The notes below the pieces were generated by a model. The model saw nothing but the letters and a program-made list of their open reading frames with translations. It was not told the origin of the DNA and ran no database searches. Below, one piece after another: positions 56,632-64,000 of a stretch of DNA of 64,000 nt. A program made the translations under genes and the position numbers. The DNA is taken from the IMG/VR virus record IMGVR_UViG_2786546475_000043, positions 1,534 through 65,533 of that record; one strand, written 5' to 3'. The stretch is from a virus (lineage: Duplodnaviria; Caudoviricetes). Within the stretch, counting starts at the first letter, position 1; each line of letters begins with the position of its first letter.

Positions 56632-57073
56632 GCCGGGTGTGATACTCGACGCCGGACATCTCTTCATGCTGGAAACGATTTCGTATGGCCTTCTGCGCTT
56701 CGGGGTCTTGTTCAATTAAAACAAACCGACGGTTCATCTGAAAGGCAGCGACCCCTAGGCTCCCATGGTAAGCGCCGTAGTCAAGCACCCAATCGCCTGG
56801 TCGGGTACTCGCTTCGAGTAGCGACCGAAAGGATTCTTCCGTCCAGCCCTGATGGGCTTTACTTTCGTTGAGTTGGAGATAAAAGGTTCCGGTCTTGTGT
56901 AGAAGCCTCCAAGCTTCCTCAAATTCGGACTCAGCGTGTTCGTTGACGAAGACGGTTTGGTTGACGAAGATGGCTTGGAACATCCCATCTGGAAAGTATT
57001 GGAGGGCGTCCAGGGCATCGCTCTCAATGACCGTGTCCGGCGCACTGTCTCTGTCGAATTCGGGAATGGTCAT
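56573..57073 (-). CDS. Degenerate, minimal N4/N6 DNA methyltransferase-like protein
   Basis: IESDALDALQYFPD, STRPGDWVLDY..HGS, AFQMNRRFVLIEQD; DPPY replaced by NQTV; TRD absent. Confidence 0.6.
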   Translation of the reverse strand: MTIPEFDRDSAPDTVIESDALDALQYFPDGMFQAIFVNQTVFVNEHAESEFEEAWRLLHKTGTFYLQLNESKAHQGWTEESFRSLLEASTRPGDWVLDYGAYHGSLGVAAFQMNRRFVLIEQDPEAQKAIRNRFQHEEMSGVEYHTRLNRSRVPASTRPEPNAPQK

Positions 57074-58734
57074 GATTTCGAAGAGGCTGGGAATATCGTT
57101 CCACCCAGCATGGTTCCCCATACTGGAATGTCTCGCAGATCCATGGGGTCAGCCGTGTAGGGGTCTTCTTCCAGGATCGCCAGGTCTGCAAACTTGCCCG
57201 GAGATATTGAACCAACTTCGTGATCCATCTTTAACAAGTGGGCGGCCCCCAGAGTGATGGCGCGCAGAGCTTCGTCGACGGAAATGCATTCGTCAGGGCC
57301 CAGCGTCTCCCCCGAGGGGGTCACACGATTAACCGCCGTCCACGCCACATGCAGGGGACCGAGGGGCGTTACGGGGGCATCGGTGTGTATAGAGATGGGC
57401 ACCCCTAGGTCAAGAGCAGTACGAGCGGAGTTCATACGGGCCGCTCTGTCTGGTCCTACGGTGTAAGCAGCGTGCTGCTCTCCCCAGTACCAGGTGTGAT
57501 TTGAGAACAGATTGGCACACATTCCTAGTTCTGCCATCTGTTCATACTGCCTTGCACTTGTGAGTTGGCAGTGTTCGACGACGTAGCGATGGTCGGGTCG
57601 CTTGAATTCTGCCTGGAGTTCTCGAACGGCCTCTATGAACACCTCTACCGCTTGGTCCCCATTGCAGTGTGCGTGTACCTGGAATTCCGCTTCGTGGAAC
57701 GGTCGCATCCATTCGGTGAGTTTCTCGGGATGGTGTAGCCACATCCCGTTCTGCTCTCCATTGATGTAGCCCGGCCAACGAAGCCGGGCCGTGTACCCCT
57801 GTATCGAACCGTCCAGAACGACTTTGACCGCACCTAAGCGCAGCTTTTCACTGGACTGTTTCCGGGTAGCGATAAGGGTCTCAATTGTGGCCTGACTTAT
57901 GATTGTCATGTCGAAGATGAACAGGCGGGTTGGAAAGGCGGGGTGGTCCACCACTCCACGCCACTCCTCGATTGTTGCCGGGTCGGTAGAGGACGGATTA
58001 CCGAGGTCCGTCAGGGTAGTGATCCCAGCGTTGTTTGCTAGGCGCCCCAGATCCCACTTGGTCTTCTCTGCCTTCATGCGGCCATGGAAAGACCGGAATG
58101 CCTTACCCGCTAACTCCATCGCAGGGGGCTCCTGCAACTCTCCAATGGGTTCTCCGTAGCCGTCCTTGGGGACCCCCGTCATGTCGATATCAGCCGTGAT
58201 CCCCTCAATGCTCATCAGAACATGGTTGACCGTAGCGATATGTCCGCTTGCGTGATAGACGAAGATCCGTCGGGTGGTGGATACCCGATCTAGGTGATCG
58301 GCCACTAGCCGTTCTCCCCCGAAATAGATGGGATCCAGTCCCCAAGCCAAAAGTGGTTGATCTGGGTCGTCGATGGCGGAGTCTGCCTCCCGAAGCCGCT
58401 CGATGACTTCGCCGATGTTTTTGCATCCAGGCCAAGTTCGTCCAGACGGATCAGACCTGTCAAAGAAGCCACAGTAGGTGTGGAGCCAGAATCCGGCAGC
58501 CTGGGCGTGGCTATGGGCTTCGATGAAGCCCGGCAGGAGAACCTTGCCCGCGAAGGTGTCGTCAATCGCGTGATCTCCAGAAACACACAGTTCGTCTACT
58601 GATCCAGTGGCGACAATGCGCCTGTCCCTTACTGCCACAGCTGTGGCCTGCCGCCATGGGGCCGTACCTGGACCATTGGGAAGAACGGGGTCCATCGTGT
58701 ACACGGCTGCCGCTGGATAGATAGTAGTGCTCAC
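57070..58734 (-). CDS. Amidohydrolase 3 family (YtcJ-like) metal-dependent hydrolase
   Basis: LLPGFIEAHSH, AHCNGD, VEHCQ, HTDAPV, GSISPGKFADL. Confidence 0.92.
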   Translation of the reverse strand: MSTTIYPAAAVYTMDPVLPNGPGTAPWRQATAVAVRDRRIVATGSVDELCVSGDHAIDDTFAGKVLLPGFIEAHSHAQAAGFWLHTYCGFFDRSDPSGRTWPGCKNIGEVIERLREADSAIDDPDQPLLAWGLDPIYFGGERLVADHLDRVSTTRRIFVYHASGHIATVNHVLMSIEGITADIDMTGVPKDGYGEPIGELQEPPAMELAGKAFRSFHGRMKAEKTKWDLGRLANNAGITTLTDLGNPSSTDPATIEEWRGVVDHPAFPTRLFIFDMTIISQATIETLIATRKQSSEKLRLGAVKVVLDGSIQGYTARLRWPGYINGEQNGMWLHHPEKLTEWMRPFHEAEFQVHAHCNGDQAVEVFIEAVRELQAEFKRPDHRYVVEHCQLTSARQYEQMAELGMCANLFSNHTWYWGEQHAAYTVGPDRAARMNSARTALDLGVPISIHTDAPVTPLGPLHVAWTAVNRVTPSGETLGPDECISVDEALRAITLGAAHLLKMDHEVGSISPGKFADLAILEEDPYTADPMDLRDIPVWGTMLGGTIFPASSKS

Positions 58735-58741
58735 ACACGGG

Positions 58742-58750
58742 ATCTTAGCA
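58742..58750 (-). promoter_or_regulatory. Extended -10 TGC-TAAGAT, leaderless GTG start at 58734
   Basis: 7 nt to GTG. Confidence 0.55.
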
Positions 58751-58992
58751 TCTGCCTCGGGCTAGTGATTTGCGTGACCGATGTCACTGTCAGATCATCA
58801 AAAAGTATTTTACATTTTGGGACTTAAGCTCCCTGGTGGGAAAACGCCCTTTTCTTGCTTTTTAGGTGTCCCTCGGGGAGGGAATTCCCGGGGAGGGACG
58901 GGGGACACTTTCCACCTATGTATGTGGGCTCCCTTTGGTCACCAAAATCCCCGTCTCTCCGCACAATCCCGAGAAGACATGCGCCTATAGGG

Positions 58993-58998
58993 TATAAT
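58993..58998 (+). promoter_or_regulatory. -10 box TATAAT with no protein-coding gene directly downstream
   Basis: Perfect hexamer in the large intergenic region. Confidence 0.5.
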
Positions 58999-59004
58999 TA
59001 ACAT

Positions 59005-59145
59005 AGGCAGTTCCCACCGGTTCTGCCTGCAGGAAAAAGTGGCCATTTCTCCTAATTCATCTGTACCTCTAGGACGGAGGAGGTGAACCTGTAGCTCGAC
59101 TGACGAGGGCAGGGGGAGGAAACATCGCCCCCTACTCTCGTCTTT
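59005..59145 (+). ncRNA. Candidate structured small RNA
   Basis: TATAAT at 58993, no sizeable ORF, several hairpins, terminal 15-bp stem plus TTT. Confidence 0.35.
59102..59145 (+). terminator. GC-rich hairpin followed by TTT
   Basis: GACGAGGGCAGGGGG-11 nt-CCCCCTACTCTCGTC-TTT (one mismatch, one G-U pair). Confidence 0.5.
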
Positions 59146-59152
59146 CGGGGTA

Positions 59153-59158
59153 TAAGAT
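59153..59158 (+). promoter_or_regulatory. -10 box TAAGAT, leaderless start at 59166
   Basis: 7 nt to ATG. Confidence 0.5.
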
Positions 59159-59165
59159 CACTTCC

Positions 59166-59552
59166 ATGCCGACTATTACTCCCGACGAGGTCGTCTGGAG
59201 CAACGACGGTCACACGATCATGTTGCACATCGAGAGGGAGAATCTTGAGGTTCTCGATGTCAGCTGCCCGCACGACCTTGCGTTCAAAAATGACATTGAC
59301 CCGGATGCGGTAGATACGGATGGAGACGGCTTCGTCCAACCCTGCCTGGAGGGCTCCAAGGTCGGCTGCGTGGTAAAGCACTTTCTGAACCTCTATGGGC
59401 TCGAGTGCAATATCGGCTCCTGTGCGCCGGAACCGGTGCTAGAGATATCGTGGTGTCTGCATGGAAGTATCCACGATATCGATCAGGCCCAACTCTGGTT
59501 CGTCCCCATTAAGGACGAAGTTTTTTACGCTTGGATGACTCAGCGGACTTAG
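59166..59552 (+). CDS. Hypothetical protein, Cys-rich
   Basis: 128 aa with six Cys; leaderless promoter. Confidence 0.7.
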   Translation: MPTITPDEVVWSNDGHTIMLHIERENLEVLDVSCPHDLAFKNDIDPDAVDTDGDGFVQPCLEGSKVGCVVKHFLNLYGLECNIGSCAPEPVLEISWCLHGSIHDIDQAQLWFVPIKDEVFYAWMTQRT

Positions 59553-59688
59553 CACGCCACTTCTCAGCTTCTTCATCGCGCAATCGCATCAGATGCTCGC
59601 GGGTATAGGTGTCGTAGTAGGTGCTTTTGTCTATCCGGGGAATCATGGCAGGCTTGCTTCGCGGGCGACTCTTCCTTTTGGCAGCCAT
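59509..59688 (-). CDS. 59-aa basic protein; missing from the ORF track
   Basis: TAATG coupling to the 59688-59987 gene; MAAKRKSRPRSKP..KRKKLRP*. Confidence 0.55.
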   Translation of the reverse strand: MAAKRKSRPRSKPAMIPRIDKSTYYDTYTREHLMRLRDEEAEKWRAKSAESSKRKKLRP

Positions 59689-59987
59689 TACCCCTTCAGC
59701 ACGTTCCTAATCGCTATCAACAGGGCCTCCCGGCCTCTATTGGTGATAATCCATCTATCATTTGGGGTTGATCGGATGTATTCACCCTTGAAGAGCACCT
59801 CTACTGACCGCTCGACTTTGGTTCTTGATGAGAACTTACCACATAGAACGTGTAGCGCATCATCAACAGAGCATCCGGGCTCACCGTCTCGGCTCATTAC
59901 CTGCGTCAGACAGAGGAGACTGTGGGTAGCGCTGTCTCTTTTGAAAGAAACCGTTGGGTAAAACGCGATGGGGAGACTCTGGACCAT
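59688..59987 (-). CDS. Possible winged-helix protein
   Basis: VERSVEVLFKGEYI..WIITNRGREAL. Confidence 0.45.
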   Translation of the reverse strand: MVQSLPIAFYPTVSFKRDSATHSLLCLTQVMSRDGEPGCSVDDALHVLCGKFSSRTKVERSVEVLFKGEYIRSTPNDRWIITNRGREALLIAIRNVLKG

Positions 59988-59999
59988 GTTTCGAAGTTA

Positions 60000-60485
60000 C
60001 TAGAAAGCCTCACGTTTTACAACCTTAGGGGGATCTGCTACCTCTAGGTCCTTCGGTGAATACGTTTTCCCCTTGATCGACACCTTCTCCATGTCGGCCA
60101 GAATCTGCATCACTTGACGTAGATGTTGTATATCACTGTGTTTTAAGACACTTTTTCGGTTGACTTCGTAGACGTTTCTGCGATTGACTTTTGTCTTTGT
60201 AATAAGTCCAGAGTCCACTAATAGCTTGACTTTTTTGTCAACAAGCTGTTCGCTGCACCCCAAATACACTGACATTGCCCTCTGAGTGAGGGTTGGATCC
60301 TCAACGATCGCGGCAAGCACCTTCCCGACTGTGGACAACAGTTGGACATCCTCGTCGTTGTGGTACCGAAACAGCTTTGTGCGGTCCAGGGCGTGCATTA
60401 ATTGGTCGACTTCCGGCGCATTTGGATCCTGCCCCACAGCTGTGGCCAGCACTTTTCGTAGTTCTTGCGACGTTAGGTCACTCAT
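60000..60485 (-). CDS. MarR-type winged-helix DNA-binding protein
   Basis: VLAAIVEDPTLTQRAMSVYLGCSEQLVDKKVKLLVDSGLITK. Confidence 0.8.
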   Translation of the reverse strand: MSDLTSQELRKVLATAVGQDPNAPEVDQLMHALDRTKLFRYHNDEDVQLLSTVGKVLAAIVEDPTLTQRAMSVYLGCSEQLVDKKVKLLVDSGLITKTKVNRRNVYEVNRKSVLKHSDIQHLRQVMQILADMEKVSIKGKTYSPKDLEVADPPKVVKREAF

Positions 60486-60567
60486 AGCCAACCAGATGTC
60501 CCCGATGCCCTCCGGTGGCGGGTGTACTATATAGGTAGCCCGTGCAGATCATTGATTGGAGACTACC

Positions 60568-60834
60568 ATGCTCAAAGATCGGCTGGTTGAGTTGAACGCC
60601 GGAGGCGGCCTTCTTTGCAAAATGCCGCGAATCTTTGAGCAATTGGACACCGAAACCAAGACAATTCTGCGTGATTCCCTTGAAAGAAAGACCGCCTCAA
60701 CGCGTGGCCTGAGAAGCGCCCTATGTGAAGAGGGATATAGCGTTTCTCGAGAGGCCGTAGACCATTCTCGAAAGGTTCTTCGGGGAGAACTCGAGTGCTC
60801 CTGCCTAGACCTCCTTAAAGGAGGGAGCGGATGA
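60568..60834 (+). CDS. Hypothetical protein
   Basis: GGAG SD; ATGA overlap with the next gene. Confidence 0.6.
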   Translation: MLKDRLVELNAGGGLLCKMPRIFEQLDTETKTILRDSLERKTASTRGLRSALCEEGYSVSREAVDHSRKVLRGELECSCLDLLKGGSG

Positions 60835-62066
60835 GCGACTCCCTGAAAAAACGACTAGCCGCAGTCGAAGGTCAGGCTGAGCTCCAAGACATAACCAGGC
60901 ACCGGGTCACTCCCACCGGCTGGGAACCCGGAGTCACCTGGGACGGCACTACGGGTGAAATCACCACAAACACGGTCTACGAGACTGTCGGAGACTGGGA
61001 TGACCTCCTCTCCGAGCGGGGATTAGACCCGGACAAGTACGAGATCGTCGGAGACACAATCCGGTGGACCAGCTATGACGGCTGGAAACGTGATGAAGTA
61101 GGCGGAGAAGCCTACAGCACCATCTGCTACTCGTATAAGGCTGAAATCCGCCTGAAAGCCTACGCCTTCGAGGAACGTCTAATCCCTGAGGATGTATATC
61201 AGGAGGTTCGGAAGGCCAAAAAGGGGTCCAAGAAGGTCCCCAAGGGCAACACCCATTTTGTCGTTGCACTGTCGGATTGGCAAACCGGCAACTGTGATGG
61301 CGGAGGTTTGGAGGAACAAGTTGAGAAAATTGCCAACCTTGTCGATGCCATCCCAGCTCGTATTGAGGCTCTTAGGAGTGCTGGTCATCGCATCGGGCAT
61401 GTTGTTTTGGCTGGCCTGGGCGATCTGGTCGAAGGTACATGCGGCTATTACCCGGCCCAGCAATATCGGGTCGACGCAGATAGGCGAGAACAACTCAAGC
61501 TCGTTCGGCGCGGAATACGAGACATCATACTTTCCACGGCCCCTACCGTAGACAAGATGACCGTCCTGGCTGTAGGCGGCAACCACGGAGAGAATCGCAA
61601 CAACGGTAAGGCCTACACCACTACAGGGGACAACGACGATGTCGCCGTATTCGAGCAAATCGCCGAGATAATTGCCGTAAACGAGAAAGCCTTCGGGCAT
61701 GTCGGATTCAAACTGCCGCTTGATCGACTATCCCTCAGTATCGAACTGGCAGGTCACATCGTGGCCTTTACCCACGGACACCTCTCCAGGCCAGGACAAA
61801 ACGCCGGGCAAGCAGTATGGAACTGGTGGACGAAGCAGGCGATGGGCCGCGCACATGAAGGCGTCGCTGATGCCAACCTCTTAGTAGCAGGCCACTATCA
61901 CCACCTCAATGTTAAAGAGCAAGAGGGCAGAGCTCTAATAATCGCCCCCAGCCTCACAAAGGTAGGGGAGTACTTCGCTGATGGCTCTGGAGTAACCACA
62001 AGGCCGGGAACACTCAACTTCACGGTAGATCCGGGTGGTTGGAACAACTTGAACATCATCGACTGA
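60831..62066 (+). CDS. Calcineurin-like metallophosphoesterase (Mre11-like)
   Basis: SDWQTG, GDLVEG, GGNHG, FTHGH, GHYHH. Confidence 0.88.
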   Translation: MSDSLKKRLAAVEGQAELQDITRHRVTPTGWEPGVTWDGTTGEITTNTVYETVGDWDDLLSERGLDPDKYEIVGDTIRWTSYDGWKRDEVGGEAYSTICYSYKAEIRLKAYAFEERLIPEDVYQEVRKAKKGSKKVPKGNTHFVVALSDWQTGNCDGGGLEEQVEKIANLVDAIPARIEALRSAGHRIGHVVLAGLGDLVEGTCGYYPAQQYRVDADRREQLKLVRRGIRDIILSTAPTVDKMTVLAVGGNHGENRNNGKAYTTTGDNDDVAVFEQIAEIIAVNEKAFGHVGFKLPLDRLSLSIELAGHIVAFTHGHLSRPGQNAGQAVWNWWTKQAMGRAHEGVADANLLVAGHYHHLNVKEQEGRALIIAPSLTKVGEYFADGSGVTTRPGTLNFTVDPGGWNNLNIID

Positions 62067-62069
62067 GCT

Positions 62070-62261
62070 ATGGCTCACCTCTACACGGTCGAAAAGATCT
62101 ATAACTTCACCTGCTCAAGGTGCAAGAACTGGTGGTCCTACGCCTCCGAGGAGAAGGGCCTACCCCTCAATATTCAGCAGAACTTCGGTTGTCCGCACTG
62201 TGGCTACAAGGATTCCATCGGGGAACCGAGGAACTTGGATTCAGGGTGGAGCACCGTCTGA
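62070..62261 (+). CDS. Zn-ribbon protein
   Basis: CSRC..CPHC. Confidence 0.65.
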   Translation: MAHLYTVEKIYNFTCSRCKNWWSYASEEKGLPLNIQQNFGCPHCGYKDSIGEPRNLDSGWSTV

Positions 62262-62350
62262 TGGTTGGCGTAGTCCTGTCCCTCATCGGAGTGGCCATTT
62301 CCTTCAGCGCGTGGGCGTGGGCAATAGGGGAATGGCCGAACAAACGATGA
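62261..62350 (+). CDS. 29-aa TM peptide
   Basis: TGATG coupling; MVGVVLSLIGVAISFSAWAWAIGEWPNKR*. Confidence 0.4.
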   Translation: MVGVVLSLIGVAISFSAWAWAIGEWPNKR

Positions 62351-62526
62351 AGACTGAGAATAAAGCCGCGCATGATTCCTCAACGTTTGCGAAACCCGGC
62401 ATTGTCCCTACAGGGGGTAAGACCAACTACCTCTATATGAGACTAAGGGAACAGGGAGAGTACATCTCCTACCTACAGGACCTTCTCAAGGCTTCTGGGA
62501 TCCCCTACAAAAAAGCACACCGATAA
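62347..62526 (+). CDS. Hypothetical protein
   Basis: ATGA overlap upstream and TAATG overlap downstream. Confidence 0.5.
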   Translation: MKTENKAAHDSSTFAKPGIVPTGGKTNYLYMRLREQGEYISYLQDLLKASGIPYKKAHR

Positions 62527-62843
62527 TGCCCTCCAAAGATCCACACCCCTTGGAGATGCTTGCTATACACCGATACAGCTGGATGAACGACGCTAACTGT
62601 AAAGGAATGACCAAATCAATGTTCCCCAAGGAACACAAGGATATTACCTACATAGCCGAAGCAAGGGCCCTGTGCGAAGAGTGCAAGGTCTCATCAGAAT
62701 GCTTAGAGTACGCACTCGAGTTCCCACCTGCAGACCTACACGGGGTATGGGCAGCGATGACCCCAAGACAGCTCGCCGCAGAACAAAAACGAAGAGGGAT
62801 CAAACCAGTAAGGCCAACCCTCAGTCAAATGTGGTTTGCGTAA
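62526..62843 (+). CDS. whiB: WhiB-family Fe-S transcription factor
   Basis: WMNDANC..ARALCEECKVSSECLEYAL..HGVWAAMT; four Cys. Confidence 0.93.
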   Translation: MPSKDPHPLEMLAIHRYSWMNDANCKGMTKSMFPKEHKDITYIAEARALCEECKVSSECLEYALEFPPADLHGVWAAMTPRQLAAEQKRRGIKPVRPTLSQMWFA

Positions 62844-63273
62844 CCACCTGCAGAATCACCGCATCATCAGGACCAAACACGTCCTCGATAACTTCCTTCA
62901 CATCAGACCAGTCAAGGCCCCCGATACCACAACCCACCTGAGGGCAGTTCATCGTCTTAACCCCGTTCTCCTTCATGTGATCCCGCATCTTGACCAGCGA
63001 ACCCCTCATGAAATCAAGGCTGGCATTAGCACCAGACTCCTCCTGGGTAAACAGGTTGTACACCCAGAACGTCTCAAAGTCACAAGGGAAGATGTCCCCA
63101 CCCTCAAACGTCCCCTGGATACAGGCCATCTTGTAGACCTCCTTCATATCCGGCAGACGAGAGAACACCTCATTAGCCAACCCACCAATAGCCCCCTTGG
63201 TATTGCAACCGTGAGAGAACCCATCAGCAGGTAACTCGAACAGGGAAGTCTCCTCATGGTAGGTAACAGCCAT
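62821..63273 (-). CDS. Macrodomain protein (TARG1/DarG/Tk.4-like)
   Basis: HGCNTKGAIGGLA, VYNLFTQ, PQVGCGIGGLDW. Confidence 0.85.
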   Translation of the reverse strand: MAVTYHEETSLFELPADGFSHGCNTKGAIGGLANEVFSRLPDMKEVYKMACIQGTFEGGDIFPCDFETFWVYNLFTQEESGANASLDFMRGSLVKMRDHMKENGVKTMNCPQVGCGIGGLDWSDVKEVIEDVFGPDDAVILQVVTQTTFD

Positions 63274-63618
63274 CTAATCAATCCTCACATTGCAAGTCTC
63301 GCAGAACTTCATGTTACTCACTTCCACCACCGACATGTCACATGACTCCTGCCCACAAGGATTTAACAGCTTTTCGCCTCGAAGATAGGCTCGAAGGTGC
63401 TCATGCGTGCTTGGGAGTGCGTATTTTGCTGTTGTAGGAGGAGGGATCCCCTTTTCTGTGCGTGTGTGTGCCCAGACGCAGTAGAGGATGTATTGCGAAA
63501 GTGTTACGTTTTGTTTCTTGGCTTCTTTGAGAATCTTATTTTTTTCTTTGCCGGTGATTCTCAGGACGATGTTGTAGAGCCGGTAGGGGTATTCGGCCCG
63601 TTGCGCTTTACGCGGCAT
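63274..63618 (-). CDS. Ribbon-helix-helix-like protein with a C-terminal Cys cluster
   Basis: IVLRITGKEKNKILKEAKKQNVTLSQYI; CGQESC..FCETC. Confidence 0.6.
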   Translation of the reverse strand: MPRKAQRAEYPYRLYNIVLRITGKEKNKILKEAKKQNVTLSQYILYCVWAHTRTEKGIPPPTTAKYALPSTHEHLRAYLRGEKLLNPCGQESCDMSVVEVSNMKFCETCNVRID

Positions 63619-63778
63619 CTCGTTCGACGAGTGTGCGGATGTACTCGGTGATTGTCATACCGTAAGCTTCGGACTGGTCGAGCACCGTCTGTTTGAATTC
63701 AGACGTGACCTTCATGGTGATGGAAGATTTGGAGCCGTTCGGGCGAACAGGGGGGCGCCCTACATTACGTTTCATCAT
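63608..63778 (-). CDS. Ribbon-helix-helix DNA-binding protein
   Basis: GRPP..SITMKVTSEFKQTVLDQSEAYGMTITEYIRTLV. Confidence 0.75.
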   Translation of the reverse strand: MMKRNVGRPPVRPNGSKSSITMKVTSEFKQTVLDQSEAYGMTITEYIRTLVERDAA

Positions 63779-63998
63779 CTGAGGGATTCCTTTCCACCAC
63801 CGTAAGAGGTAAGTCAAGGTGGGCCTGGACGTGCCTCTGGTAGGCCTCTAGCACGAAATTGCGATCGCCGTTCGTGTTCATCGTGTAGGCCGCAGCCCCG
63901 AGTTCCTGTAGCGTCTTCCGGACACACGGGTGCTCAGCGATTTCGGAGGTTCTGTCCGGTCGCACACCCTTCGCCGAAGCCCCGATGATGTCCTGGAG
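63765..63998 (-). CDS. Hypothetical protein, C-terminal part (runs off the window)
   Basis: Frame open to the window edge: LQDIIGASAKGVRPDRT..AYQRHV.. Confidence 0.55.
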   Translation of the reverse strand, partial: LQDIIGASAKGVRPDRTSEIAEHPCVRKTLQELGAAAYTMNTNGDRNFVLEAYQRHVQAHLDLPLTVVERNPSDDET

Positions 63999-64000
63999 AT

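Noticed and set aside
1-64000. tRNA, rRNA, integrase or transposase genes
   Set aside because: No cloverleaf, rRNA-like or recombinase motifs were recognised in the intergenic gaps or ORFs by eye; tRNAscan-SE was not run.

Overview
The window reads as a contiguous part of a large contractile-tailed phage (myovirus) or prophage genome. The host is most likely an actinobacterium, based on a WhiB factor, an r1t-like holin, a PASTA-like domain, an M15-type endolysin and TAnnnT leaderless promoters. 1-24.3 kb is tail morphogenesis: neck, sheath, tube, a chaperone with a probable -1 frameshift, tape measure, baseplate and several fibre or adhesin proteins. 24.3-47.1 kb is an unusual accessory island. 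It starts with a PASTA-like protein ending in 23 tandem (F/H/Y)FPP units and ends with Gly-rich collagen-like proteins. Between them lie ten 2OG-Fe(II) oxygenases, one apparently dead paralog, a TauD dioxygenase, a flavin-dependent halogenase, a GPx-like protein, a thioesterase, a dehydrogenase, a DUF6065-like protein and two copies of a peptide / ~100-aa / methyltransferase-like triad. Two more 2OG oxygenases and a second TauD lie elsewhere in the window. My main hypothesis, which is inference, is a phage-encoded system for oxidative post-translational tailoring of Pro/Gly-rich virion proteins. 47-54.9 kb holds a 1733-aa acidic lipoprotein and lysis genes. 54.9-64 kb holds a TauD, a PKHD-type oxygenase, a degenerate DNA methyltransferase, an amidohydrolase, a candidate sRNA and regulatory or early genes. 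I found no tRNA, rRNA, CRISPR array, integrase or reverse transcriptase. All calls come from motif recognition by eye; no database searches were run.
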